Assembly: GCA_973895155.1 (NCBI GenBank) | Contig: OZ316895.1 | Span: forward strand, 1,909,659 to 1,973,658 | DNA: 64,000 nt | Source of the DNA: Marsupella aquatica | Lineage: Eukaryota > Plantae > Marchantiophyta | Reading direction: 5' to 3' | Shown: one piece after another, positions 25,401 to 36,880 of the stretch | Position numbering within the stretch: the first letter of the stretch is position 1 | Layout of the letters: every line of letters starts with the position of its first letter | Notes under the pieces: generated by a model | The model's database searches: none | The model's input: the letters and a program-made list of their open reading frames with translations, nothing else | What the model was told of the DNA's origin: nothing | Program-made: the position numbers and the translations under genes

Positions 25401-26861
25401 TAATTATTCATGTGGGTCAATTGACAACAAGTTTTCCTAAGTAATGGTATGACGTCTTGCAGGTTCAAGGTTGTCAAGTTGCCAAGTTACTGAGGAGATT
25501 GGTTTGATATAGTAAGTGATGGTTTGATATAGTAAGTGAAACCGGCTGCAAACAGTTAGGTGACTGTTTTTGTAGGTAGTATTTCAGTCAAAAGTGTAAA
25601 CAATGTTATCTGAGTCAACTGAATGTTCTGAGCAACTCCATCCAAGCTTTTCCATTCCATTTGGGCTTCATAGACACACGGAGTTCCATCGGGGCTTTAG
25701 TTGCCTTTGGTCTCAGTGATTCTTTGTGTGCGATTAATTTGGGTGGACAGCTAATTGTGAGAGACAGTGTAGTTGAATAAATGATAACTCCTTGAATGGT
25801 TGATTGAACACATTGCTTTGAAGCACCTTCCAAAGTGTTGCAATCAATAGGTTTCCAGCTAATTGCACCCCGACTCCGTTTTCTTTCCATGGAAATCCAA
25901 ATTCTAGACATAAATGGTATAGACCCGTTTGCCCTTCCCCCGTCTTGGTCCACCAAAAAAATGGTTGGTGGGCAAAAATTACCCAGTCACTTACCTAAAA
26001 AGCAATCAGGCTAAAGATATTCAGGCTGAAATTTACAAAATTCTGTTTCATCTGCACCACCTACTGGACTATGGGGGAGTGTTTGCTAGGAAATACTTTA
26101 CAATAGTCAAATAGTGTTCTATAATTGAAAGTAAATACTCCATATCCCAGACCTGTGCTTTTTCCTGACCATCTGGAATATGAGATAAGGAGTATTTTCC
26201 CTTTGGAATATTTTCCTGACTGTCAGATCTATTAGATATTTACTCTTAAGCCTAGGGTTATGATTGTAACCATAGTTAGGGATACAATTAGTCTAATAAT
26301 CCATATCCCAGATATTGATATTCTCCCTTATGAAAATACTCCATAAAATGTGGAATGTGCACTCAAATTTTGACAATTGTTTGAATTTGGGGTTGTGAGT
26401 GGTGGCCCTATGGTGATCCGTCAGTAAAATAGTTCATTTTTCCGTGATCGGCAATGGGCCCAAACTACAAGCATGCAACTTGAATCGGCCATAACTTTTG
26501 GCCCCTAGGTCCGTTGGCCGAGAAATATGCGGCCCCATAATCGGGCTCATGTGGGGCCTCTCGGGCCCCTATGGTGATCCGTCGGAAAAATATCTCATTT
26601 TTCCTTGATCGGCAACGGGCCTAATAGAGTTAAATTGGAGCGCGCTTTTCTCAAGCCTTGTCCTTGCTCTTACTAGCCTCCTCTTTGTTAGTCGCTTCCC
26701 TAATGGCCATGATGGTAGCAAGACTAAGAGGGGCTAAACGTTGGAGTTAGGCAACGCCGGAGCAATGATGAGTAGGTGAAAGTTGTATTCGCGACTTTGT
26801 GTTTGAGTTGGACATTGTGTTTGAGTTTTGACCCTAAACTACTCTAGATTGAGTACAAAAC

Positions 26862-26879
26862 CCCTGGGCCCTCACTCTT
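26862..26879 (+). repeat. Left TIR of the giant transposon
   Basis: ccctgggccctcactctt directly after the TSD tacaaaac. Confidence 0.85.
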
Positions 26880-27170
26880 CTTATTAATTTTTCTCCTATA
26901 GAGATTATCCTTGTTTTTTATAAAAACCAAAAATTTTCTCTTATTAAAGTATCTTCAGTGTATTACAAAAGGGAGTTTTGGGCAATAATAATTATCCTTC
27001 ATATATTACAATTTCACTCCACACACCCGGTCCATCCCCCATCGCCCCCAATCCTCCCTTCAAAACTTTTCTGGCTTAGCATAGCTGCCAGTATTAACAT
27101 TTTAATCTATGAAGGAGATATGGATACTGTAAGGATAATACACGTGTACCAATTATAATTTGACACGTAT

Positions 27171-27192
27171 ATCACTATATTCATTAAAACTG
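27171..27192 (+). repeat. Subterminal inverted repeat, left copy (partner at 44272-44293)
   Basis: atcactatattcattaaaactg is the exact reverse complement of cagttttaatgaatatagtgat. Confidence 0.9.
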
Positions 27193-27629
27193 TACTTTTA
27201 AAAGTCCATAAGATGAACCCTAAAGTTTTTTTTTTTCAGGCCAAATTTCTATTAAAGCATTCCCAAAAGCTAATTTTTTTCAGCCCAAATATACACTTTT
27301 GAACGCCCAAAATTTTGTTTTTTTTCACCCAAATGTTTAATAATAACTTAAATCATATATTCTAATTAATTTAAAAATTAGAGTAAATTTAATTTAGTCC
27401 AAAAATCAGAGGCCAATACCACTCAGACCATCTATAAATTAAAAAATATAGATGGTCATAAATCAAGGGTCAAAATGAGATTGACCCACTATATAATTAT
27501 TAAATTATCCAATCCAGTGAGAGAGCCTCACACTAAGCATATCCTAATTATTTACTTTATCCTACATGTTCAAAACATATCCTTTGACATAATATGAATG
27601 TACAATTCAGGGTAGGCACTAGAGCAACC

Positions 27630-28691
27630 CTATCTCCTAATGATCAAGACAAAACTTGTTTGAACAAGAAAGTCTGCTTCCTGATTTATCATAGCGGATA
27701 TCACGGTTGCAAGTATCTCTCGCATGGTGGTTCTTAAACTTATTGGTTTGGTGAGATCCCTAGTTCTGAGAACTTTCCAAATAAAATGTCTTCTATTTTG
27801 TCTATGAGGACCAGAATAGTTGTCTCCAAGTATTACGTTTGCAGTTTCTTCGATCTCATCCGTGGTCCACGTCTCCAGTGGTGGGTAATGCTGCACCTCG
27901 TTCTTTCCGTCCCAAGGAATCTCTTCAGGAGTCACATCCAAGATGGTGCCAAACTCCTTATGGATACAACGACAATCTCCCCACTTCTGTTCCAAAAGAG
28001 CATAGATGGCAGCATGATCCTCCTTGCTTGTTAATAAATTGAAAACAGACCACTTTGGATTGTTGACAGTGATATAATGTAGAACGCAGTAAGCCTTTCT
28101 CAATTTGCAAAGATACGGCCATAATATCTCGGGCAAAAAAGTGTCATTTGAAGCTGTGTGAGTAAATGGATTTGGAAACAATCCATTCACGTCATAATTC
28201 AAAAATGCCTTCAATGGAGAATCATCAATAAGAATTGTATTAGAAGCATCATATTTTTCTGGAAAACGGTCCCAAATGGTTTGCAAATTCTTCAGAAGTA
28301 AATTGGCCTTCCCATCTGTTATATCTGGCCTTTGGATGCAACTATCAAAGGTATCTTCTTGAGTAAAGACAAACTTGAACTTCTGTCGCTCCTCCTCAGT
28401 GAAAATCAACTCCATTAAGTCCATTGTTTTTGGCCTCCTTGCACAGGTCCAAATTGCGACGTCAAAAACCATGAAAGCTGCATATAGAAATTCGTGGAGG
28501 TATGGGCGCTCCACATACATGAAATTAAACCCTCCACGTCTCCCCCAGTGCACACCACGTAAACTTGTCTGATTTCGCCATGATCCTGAGCTTCTGGTCT
28601 TAATGCAATCCCAACAAATCTTGTTAAGGTCAAGAACCAAGAGCTTTCGCCGGATCGGAGAGTGTAGTATTGGAGTAAATTTTGGAAACAT
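27630..28691 (-). CDS. FCP1/SCP (NIF, HAD-superfamily) phosphatase-like domain; probably the last exon of the cargo gene
   Basis: KLLVLDLNK (DxD motif variant), ERPYLHEFL, FDVAIWTCA, LLKNLQTIW, NTILIDDSPLKAFLN. A phase-compatible intron (about 28736-28873) links it to upstream ORFs, but with two in-frame TAA stops. Confidence 0.8.
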   Translation of the reverse strand: MFPKFTPILHSPIRRKLLVLDLNKICWDCIKTRSSGSWRNQTSLRGVHWGRRGGFNFMYVERPYLHEFLYAAFMVFDVAIWTCARRPKTMDLMELIFTEEERQKFKFVFTQEDTFDSCIQRPDITDGKANLLLKNLQTIWDRFPEKYDASNTILIDDSPLKAFLNYDVNGLFPNPFTHTASNDTFLPEILWPYLCKLRKAYCVLHYITVNNPKWSVFNLLTSKEDHAAIYALLEQKWGDCRCIHKEFGTILDVTPEEIPWDGKNEVQHYPPLETWTTDEIEETANVILGDNYSGPHRQNRRHFIWKVLRTRDLTKPISLRTTMREILATVISAMINQEADFLVQTSFVLIIRR

Positions 28692-29879
28692 TAAAATAAG
28701 CCCTTAGTCAATGGGACTCAAAGTTTAAACAATTACTACGGAGGAAAACTCTCAAAATTTGAAATCAAACAAACTTTGTTAAAGCATTTGAAGTAGAGAG
28801 GAACGACCTCGGGGCGACCCTCCTAGAAAAACATTAATTACATTCACTTGCCATTTTTTAGATCCAAAGTATACCTGGGTCAAACCCTTCCTCAACAGCA
28901 ACGCTTTCCGAGGGAATGCCAACAAAATCCTTTGAGGAAGGAGATTCTACGACGGAACTTTGGTCTGTAAAAAAGTATATTATTACAAAGATAAAGCTTA
29001 GATTGTCATTAAAATACCAAGAACCAAAGAAAGGGCTAATAATTTCCAATGCTAAAATGCCCAAATTCATCTATTGTTTGATCACCTAGAACACTCTGTA
29101 TCTCGGAATTGATACCACTGGGAAGTTGCTCTTCAAAGGATGGGGGTGCAAAAACTGGGCTCAGTCTCAAGTTCAGTTTTTTGTAATCTGATTTTGCCAT
29201 TATCTTTGGAGCATCGTCTAGTGATTCTATCATTCCAACCTTTGGTCCATTTCTCCATATAAAATGAGTTGCAGGACGGACTGTTTTCATATATCCAGTC
29301 CTGCCGATCTCGGATCCAGAATTTTGTGAAAATGATAATACTACGGGGCTTCCTGTAGAAGCACTTGTAAAAACCAATTTAGTCTCTGATGAGCAATATA
29401 GAGGAGACAGGGGAGGATTTGAAGCACCAGCCTTCTCTTCTTCATTTGCAGCGGTCTCAGGTACTTAACGATCATCCTCCTTTGCAAGCGCAATGTCTGA
29501 CATTTCTCCCAATTATGCTGCATCAATATTGCCTAGACCATCTGTGCTTGCCTTCCAATGTGCATCCGATGTGGACGATGTAAGATCTAGGTCCGACTGG
29601 TGCATCCAATTCTCTACACCGGCAAAGGGATTTCTTGGTGGGTCGCCCTCAGGTCAACCCACAACATCGGCCAACCCCACACCAAAGTAGGGAATACCTA
29701 CCACTTGTGTTCCACGTTCATCCAAATTTTGGGTGACCCTGTCGTCTGTGTCGTGACCCAATTCTCCTTCCTCAATATCATCTTCGCCCTGGTCTACGCC
29801 TTCTTTGGCGCCAACATGCTCGGAAACCCCATCGCGGGCTCTACCAAATTTGGAACCGCCCATCCGGTCACTCATTATG

Positions 29880-30763
29880 GAAGGAAATTTCTCGCAGAGA
29901 ACCCTTCCATATGCCTGAGTGAAATCATATTCATCCTCAATGTCTCAATACGCAAAGCATTCTCTGAAACACAACAATGGCACCTTCATAACCTGTCCTC
30001 CCGAGAAATAGTCAAGTATAGTCTCCCCTTCAGCCAAAAAAAATTCAATAATACTCTGCAGCATACATTTTGGCTTAGCGTGAATATTCACAAAGCCACC
30101 TCTACTTCCCACCATCTCAAACATGGGAGCCTTTTGTAAGAAATCTCCAATGTGAAATGCCAAAGTTGACTCAGTCTCTGTCTCCTTACTTGTCTTACTC
30201 TTATTCTTATCTCGCTTCTCCGTCTTGTCTTCCACTTGGAAATCAGGGTCGATCGCCGAATTGTAAGAAAATTAGCAATTAAATCCAGGCCTGAACACTT
30301 GCTTCCAATCAAATTTCTCCTCAGTGGTGATTCCTGCAAAGATTATCTCCTCCATACCACAACTGAAAAGTAAGCCCTCTGGAACTGGTGTATCACTCCG
30401 TCGATAGCTCCCGTAGTCAACGTGGATGTCCATTCCCTTTTCATGTTGCAATTTCCTAAGGGCACTCAAAATGTTTGCAGCAAGTGGCCCCGGATGCACA
30501 GTCATGACAACAACAATTGTTGGATTTCTTGGAAGATCCACAATGTATTGCAGTAATGCAATAATTTCAGCATCGGTCCAAACATGTTGTCGGAGCCTAC
30601 TGAAGTCAACAATGGCAAGAGGACACAAAGGCGAAGGCTCTTGTAGCATTTCCGGCACGGTCGTCTTCATCAAATTATCACTAAAAAATGTCAAGAAAGG
30701 CTCCGTGCGAGAACGACCAATCCCACCAAATTCTTTACAATACAACCCATCTAGTCTGACCAT
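29880..30763 (-). pseudogene. Beta-class N4/N6 DNA methyltransferase-like domain, degenerate and split over ORFs 30272-30763 and 29945-30235
   Basis: HAKPKCMLQSIIEFFLAEGETILDYFSGG...FRECFAY resembles the KP..L...I....Gd.VLDpFxGSG...R...E C-terminal block of N6_N4_Mtase. Upstream CPLAIVDFSR sits where motif IV (DLIxxDPPY) is expected, giving the beta-class order. Confidence 0.55.
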
Positions 30764-30769
30764 CAGACT

Positions 30770-31360
30770 TTATGGGAAACTCTCCTTGACCACATTCTTC
30801 TTCAATGAATTGTTGAGGTAAACCTCACCCGCTGCTCTCCTCAATTTTGTCATCTCAAGCTCAGATTTCAAGGAAGGCAACAATATCACCAGAGACTCCC
30901 AAGATGTGCCAACATGAAACTTCTCACGATACTTTTCCACGAAATAGCCAATAATGACTGTTCTCAATTTGGACATTATCTTGATTGTAAGGGCCAAGTC
31001 TCCCATTGCGACAAGCTCTGATTTGTTGGTGATATCCTTCTTCAGCAAGACACGCTCCTCTTCAACGTCCTTCAAGATCTCAATTATCTGTTTGCTACTA
31101 ATCTCTCCTTCAAAGCATCGAAAGGTACCGGGAGTGATCAATTTTGGGGGTCTTGGCCCTCCATACCCACCAGCCCCGTCTTGGAGCTTCCCACTCAACC
31201 ATTTTGCACACATGTTCCGCCATAATTCAAAGAGCTCATCTTCGGCAAAAAGTAACCAATAAATGCTCTTTAGGCTTGACTTCCCCATTGTAACCTTTGC
31301 CAGGGCAAGCCAATCCTGCATATCCAATGGACTTGACATTAGTTTCAGGGTACAATGCAT
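30770..31360 (-). pseudogene. Helical linker exon of the cargo gene between the ParB-like and MTase-like parts
   Basis: 196-aa ORF, co-linear and in frame with 30272-30763 across a single stop. No family recognised. Confidence 0.45.
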
Positions 31361-31649
31361 ATGTTAGAAAATTTATACCTATGTTTGAAACAGGCTAAGC
31401 CGCCTCGCCCCAAGGGCGTGGCGAACCTCTACATCTAACCGCAATTGACTGAAACGGAACTAGGGAATTATTCGTAGAGAGACTAGTCTAGGTTGCCTCG
31501 CCCTCAAGGCAAGGCAAACATTTGCTTTAATCTTCTAACCAAGGAAAACAAGAAAAGGTAACCTCGCCCTTGGGGCGAGGCAAACCTCTACCACTGACAA
31601 TCTTTAAACAAAGTGGATCAAGAATAGTTTGCATTGCTCCAACATGTAC

Positions 31650-32609
31650 CTGATAGTTTTTTCTATCTGTATTCTGATTAGTCCCAATCCCTGGACGCGG
31701 CAGTTTCCCGCACTCCTCAAACTGCCTTCGTGCATGAACAATAGTCTCTAAAAAACAAGACTTAAATTGCATAGTATCATTGACAGCATTCGATAAACTT
31801 GAATGCTCAACCAAAATTTCTTCGGAGTGAGGTCAGATAGGATCCTTGCTTTCCTATACTTTAGTTTGTTGGCAAGATCTATTAGCTTGGCGTCAGTCTC
31901 GGCCCACCCTTGGATCCATTGGGCAGCTCTTGTAGAATGCTGGCCACTGATGGCAAGGAATTGGATCTCATGCTTCTTCACACCAATCAAAAACTCTTTC
32001 CTATCTTTGAGGTGTGTTGTCATAATGAAGCAACTGTTTAGTGCTCTCGCGATACAGAATCAAATCAGCAACTTGTGGTTCCTGTCCAGGGTTTTTCATC
32101 ATAGACTTTGATATCTCCATTGCATGCGAACAATTGAACATTCGATATACAAAAATAGCCGATGGCGGATTAATACTTTTTATAGGAATATCAAAAACTT
32201 TGCGGATGCCAAAAGTATAATACTGCTCAATATTACGCAAAACCTCTTGGCCTTTGAGCACATCATCTTCTTTGGGTCCTTCTGTCGGACACATATCATC
32301 CTCTGGATGCAAGACAAAGTTTGAAGTCGACGCCGATATTGGTTTTGATTTCGCAACCTTTGCCTTCTTTGTCTGTTTTTTTGGGGGGCCCTCATCATCT
32401 TCATTTTTTTTAGCAATCTTCTTACGGCATGAACTCCCAGATTGTTTCTCTTGTTGAACAACTAGCTCTCGAAGCTTTTGTTTCTTCTCTGTCTTTGATT
32501 GCGCACTTCTTTCCACTGTCTTCTTTCTCTCCTTTGCCTTATGCTTTGCTTCTTTTTCTTCATCTCTGAAATCCACGTCCGGCACGCGGCCTCTTGAAAC
32601 TGTGGACAA
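31650..32609 (-). pseudogene. ParB/Sulfiredoxin-like domain preceded by a Lys-rich NLS-like segment; frameshifted
   Basis: FDIPIKSINPP...YR...HAMEISKSMMKNPG.EPQV, then after a frameshift FLAISGQHSTRAA (compare the ParB/Srx iidGxHRxxA motif), ARIL, and LVEHSSLSN. Confidence 0.6.
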
Positions 32610-34080
32610 AAAATGAAACTCTTGTCGATTGGTTGCTCGTATGAAAAATGTGTCTTCTCAATCATCCTTTGAACTATCCAAGTAGACGGAGGGTCCACAC
32701 TGTCCGCATTGTCATGCATGTGCTTCTTTACGTAGAGAAATCCAAACAATAGGTCAACTCCACTTATTTGAGAACGCGTCTTCTCAAACATCTGATCAAT
32801 TGTTACTCAATCTGGGAAGAATCCCATATCAGCTACGCTTATCTCCAATCGAGCCATCCACTCAACATTTAGTAAAGTCGAGTAGAGTTTTATTGGCACC
32901 AGAAGTCTCATCCACTGAGATTTCTTATTGGACTCAACAATAATCATTGCATTGCGGTTGTTGTCTGTGTTCACAAGGACGACTGGACCTAGAGTAACAA
33001 TTGTCTTGCGGTCATTCAATTGACTTGTGAGGCCCTTGAAACAAATCAAGAGACTACCTTCCGCCGACACCCCAACTTCTAGTGCCCATCTAAATCCTAG
33101 AGTATCTTGGTCAGGGAAAACAAAGTCCTTGATATCCTTGTCCATAATATTTAACTCCGGCTTCTCAAGATTTTTTCCTGGTAAGAAACATTGAAAACAA
33201 ATGGTCAGCATCATATTTTTAACATTGACATGTGGAAAACTTTCAAGGTGCCTTGCCCTTGGGGCGAGGCGACAAATAGAAGATTGCAAAATCTTCTTTG
33301 CTCCTAGTGCAATTAGCCCTGCCACCTCATCCAAGCAATCAAACATTATTTAGGAATGCAGACGACATCGCCTCGCCCCAAGGGCGAGGCAACTTCTGGG
33401 AAAGCAAACAACATTTAGGAATGCAGAGGACGAAAGTAGACAACATTTAGGAATGTAGAGGACATCACCTCGCCCCAAGGGAGAGGCAACTTCTGGGAAA
33501 GCAGACAACATTTAGGAATGTAGAGGACATCGCCTCGCCCCAAGGGCGAGGCAACTTCTGGGAATGTAGACAACATTTAGGAATGCAGATAACATCACCT
33601 CGCCCCAAGGGCGAGGCAACTTTTGGAAATGCAGACTATATTTTAGGAATGCAGACGACATCGCCTCGCCCCAAGAGCGAGGCAAAAAATAGAATATAGC
33701 TAAAGATCCTTTATTAATGTAAGATACAAGGTCCAATACGCCTTCGGAGCAACAAGAAATCTAGAATGAAGTAGACGTCGCCTCGACCTTGGGGCGAGGC
33801 GACTGCAAAGGAATATAGAAATTTTCCTAATAAGAAGTTTGAAATCCAAATTAAAGTAAAGTTGCCTCGCCCTTAGGGCGAGGCAAGAAGTTGAAGCAGG
33901 TGGTGCCTTACGTGGAAAAGTTAACTGGGCTTTCTTTGACGCCTCCAATGCATTGTTAACCAATTTTTGGACATCCGGGTCTTCAGGGTCATATTCGTAT
34001 AGAGAGTTATAATTGAAGTTCAATGACTCTTGAGAACTGGCGGAGGTGGTGGAAGCTTCAGAACTGGAGGAAGTAGACAT
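32462..34080 (-). pseudogene. 5' exons of the cargo gene (unknown domains)
   Basis: Co-directional ORF pieces (33700-34236 with internal MSTSSSSEAS, 32807-33346, 32462-32791), separated by repeat-filled probable introns. TATA-like tatagg on the minus strand at about 34386-34391. Confidence 0.4.
33346..33690. repeat. ~65-bp tandem array carrying the hairpin GCCTCGCCC-CAA-GGGCGAGGC
   Basis: Five hairpin copies at about 33370, 33467, 33532, 33597 and 33663 within the unit catttaggaatg(c/t)aga.gacatcgcctcgccccaagggcgaggcaacttctgggaaagcagacaa. Dispersed copies lie at about 31402, 31495, 31562, 33250, 33780 and 33864. Confidence 0.9.
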
Positions 34081-35269
34081 TGTAAGGGGCGAGTGAGATT
34101 TAAGATGATACGTGGCAGCAATGGAGAATGCCACAGGCTGCAAGAGGGCACTAACAGGCAAACAATGATCGAGGGAGCGACCCAAAAGGGAAGGGAGCAA
34201 GGCGAAAATAAAAGCCTTAGAGCGAGGCGGAAACAAAATCCCAAGAGCGAGGCAAAAACAAAAGCCCTAGAGCGAGGCAAGAGGGAGGCAAGGAGTGAGG
34301 AGATGAGAGAGGAGCCTGAAGAGGAGGAAAGAGAAGAGGCAAGAGGGAGGCAAGGAAATGAGGCCTCAAGCGCAAGGCCTGCCTTCCTATACCCCCTGCG
34401 AGCGAGGAGTCCAAGGAGGCAAGGATCCGAGAGGGTACGGAGGCATCAATGCGCGCCAATGATGGAGACCCTCCTCACTGCATGTGATCGTGAGTCACCG
34501 ATGGTGTGACCACTCACGACCACTCGCGACTCACCTACCAATTTTAAACTTCCGAGCTGTCAGCGGTGTGTGCTCGCAACTCACCTATCACTCGTGAGTG
34601 ATTGGCTGACACCCTATCCGATGTCTACTTGTGTGCTGGGTGCGTGCCTCATCCACCCGTGCCCGATCTGTTGGTGTCCACTCGTGTGTTGGGTAATGTG
34701 TGGGCTTTTTGCCTCTCAAACTGAGTATAGACCTCCTGCAATCCATTTTTTGGTTCATTGTCATTTAGACAGTGATTGGTACGATCACTGACTCTCCTCT
34801 GTCCGAGTGCCTTGTTTAGGTCCGCATGGTTGAATGCAAGGTTTAGTAAGGGCACTGGTGAACACTGTGGTGCTAAGAGTTACAATGCTGGCATCCAAGG
34901 TACCCATTTAGCTTGTACAAGGGTGGGCAGAGATATATTGCGGAGCAGGTTAGTGATTTTATTTATTTATCTTAGAAGTACTAGCTCAACTACATCTAAT
35001 TCAATACCTTTAAGCCAAACCTAGATTAAGATTTACACATTAGGTTCTAGATCATATATTTTACTCATTTCTAGACCTTTATCCACAGTCTAGCATGTGT
35101 AAAACTTACTGTACCCCTTTATGTGATTACTAACATAGTTTCTAGAAGTGAGTCGGAATTATTTCGTGCCGACCTGACTATGTCATCTTAACTAGCATTT
35201 TAAACTGGTATATAAAAGCATAAGCAAGATAGTTTCACAAATAGTTTTGACATAATTTCAACTTAATAG

Positions 35270-35590
35270 TTGGAGTAGGGTTGAAATAATTCCGACCCAA
35301 CTTGTCAATGTTTAGTCAATTAAATCATTTTAAGACATATTGTTGGAGGAGGGTCGAAATAATTCCGACCCGACTTATAAATGTTTAGTCAATTCAATCA
35401 TTTTAAGACATATTGTTGGAGGAGGGTCGAAATAATTCCGACCCAACTTGTAAATGTTTAGTCAATTCAATCATTTTAAGACATATTGTTGGAGGAGGGT
35501 CGAAATAATTCCGACCCGACTTGTAAATGTTTAGTCAATTAAATCATTTTAATGTTGGAGGAGGGTCGAAATAATTCCGACCCGACTTGA
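35270..35590. repeat. 73-bp tandem array (about 4.5 units) with the palindrome GGGTCGAAATAATTCCGACCC
   Basis: Palindrome starts at about 35278, 35351, 35424, 35497 and 35563. The intervening sequences are near-identical. Confidence 0.9.
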
Positions 35591-35715
35591 ATGTATTTAG
35601 GGTTTTGAGTGATTTTACAATATTTTTTGGAGGAGAGTCCAGATTTTGAAACATGGTTGTAACATGGGGAACTTAACAATTTCTAACTTTATTTGAATAT
35701 AGATAGTCCGCTATC

Positions 35716-36880
35716 ATGATCAATTTTACACGAGGGGATGAAGTGTCATTGGTGATCGATGGATTTGAAACGGGAATTGGGATAGTTCAAAAGGTTGACC
35801 CCCAAGATACTATACAGAACATTTGTCTAGGGGATAATCGAATTGAGGTATTGATCAAAAAGTGTTTTGATGGATCGCGTCAACTTCCATTTCCTTCGCC
35901 CAAATTTTCTACATTGGCTGAGGCAATTGACTCCTGCGTGATTTGGGATTGTGCATTGGCATACTTTAGGTCATCAACTCAGCGCCGAAGAATCAATGTC
36001 GATGATTTCTCTTTGGCTGGAGATGCTGGAAATGATAAATCCAAAATTGATGCAAGGGTTGAAGAGGACGTGTTCAAGGAAGGAGATGAAGTTCAGATGT
36101 TCATTTTTGATCAGTTGGTTGCAAATGGAGTCGTTTTCAAGACAAATCCGATGGATATTTGTCATACTGAAACACTCGGGGTTGGTCGCATCAGTATAAG
36201 AATATCTGATATTGTTAAGGGAAATCAAAAATTGCCATACTCGCACCCTGGAGGTGATACAATAGAAGAGGCCTTGCATACCTGGGTTATCTGGGATGTT
36301 GCGCATGTTTCTAGAAAGGGCACTCTACGAGATTTTGGCGTGTTTGGTAGTTCAAATATTTTCAATGATCTTCCATTAAAAGATTTTACACTACGTTCCA
36401 ACTGGATGGCGGAGGAGGTTGATTTGTATGACGCTTCTCGTTGTCGGAAGGTTGCAACAGGTGTTATCACGGTCCCATTTGAAACAGGTGCCGTTGACGA
36501 ACTAACTTCTTGGTGCAGATCATGTTGGTGTTGTTGTTGTGAATATCAATGAACCCGGATTATTTCCAAATATCCGTGTTGGTACCCCTGGCTTGGTGAG
36601 GTGGGAAATCAAATCCCTTCTATTGATTTCGTCTCAAAGGTTTCTTGGGGATATCCTTGAGGAAGTTTCAGAGAAGTGGATGGAGTCGGGTCGAACTAAG
36701 GGCGATCCGGATTCGGATGGTGATGGTAAACCTACAAAAAGACCATACAATTTCATTAGGAGGACAAAAGTTGATCTTGAGGAGAAGAAGAAAAGGCATT
36801 TGGAGTCGAGGGCACTTTTGAAAATTAACGAGGAGTCCATTGATTCCATCCAAAGAGAAGGTTGTTGCAAGCTGAAGTGA
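35716..36880 (+). pseudogene. Three tandem Tnp1/En-Spm-like (CACTA TnpA-type) domains followed by a transposase N-terminal Cys motif; probable 5' half of transposase B
   Basis: Repeated pattern GDEV.....(VA.)G.V.K.dP.D......LG..RI.(V/I).I.....G...LP(F/Y)P.P...T(L/I).EA.....VIWD, with the third copy frameshifted. The ORF ends SIQREGCCKLK*, parallel to EIHKYSCCDNYC in transposase A. Confidence 0.6.

Noticed and set aside
26853-26861. 9-bp TSD gtacaaaac (Mutator-like)
   Set aside because: It would make the termini asymmetric. An 8-bp TSD gives symmetric CCC...GGG ends and agrees with the second element.
33346-33690. CRISPR-like array (palindromic repeat at ~65-bp period)
   Set aside because: The intervening sequences are near-identical rather than unique spacers, there are no cas genes, and the context is a eukaryotic TE.
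35270-35590. Second CRISPR-like array
   Set aside because: The whole 73-bp unit is repeated, so it is a tandem repeat.
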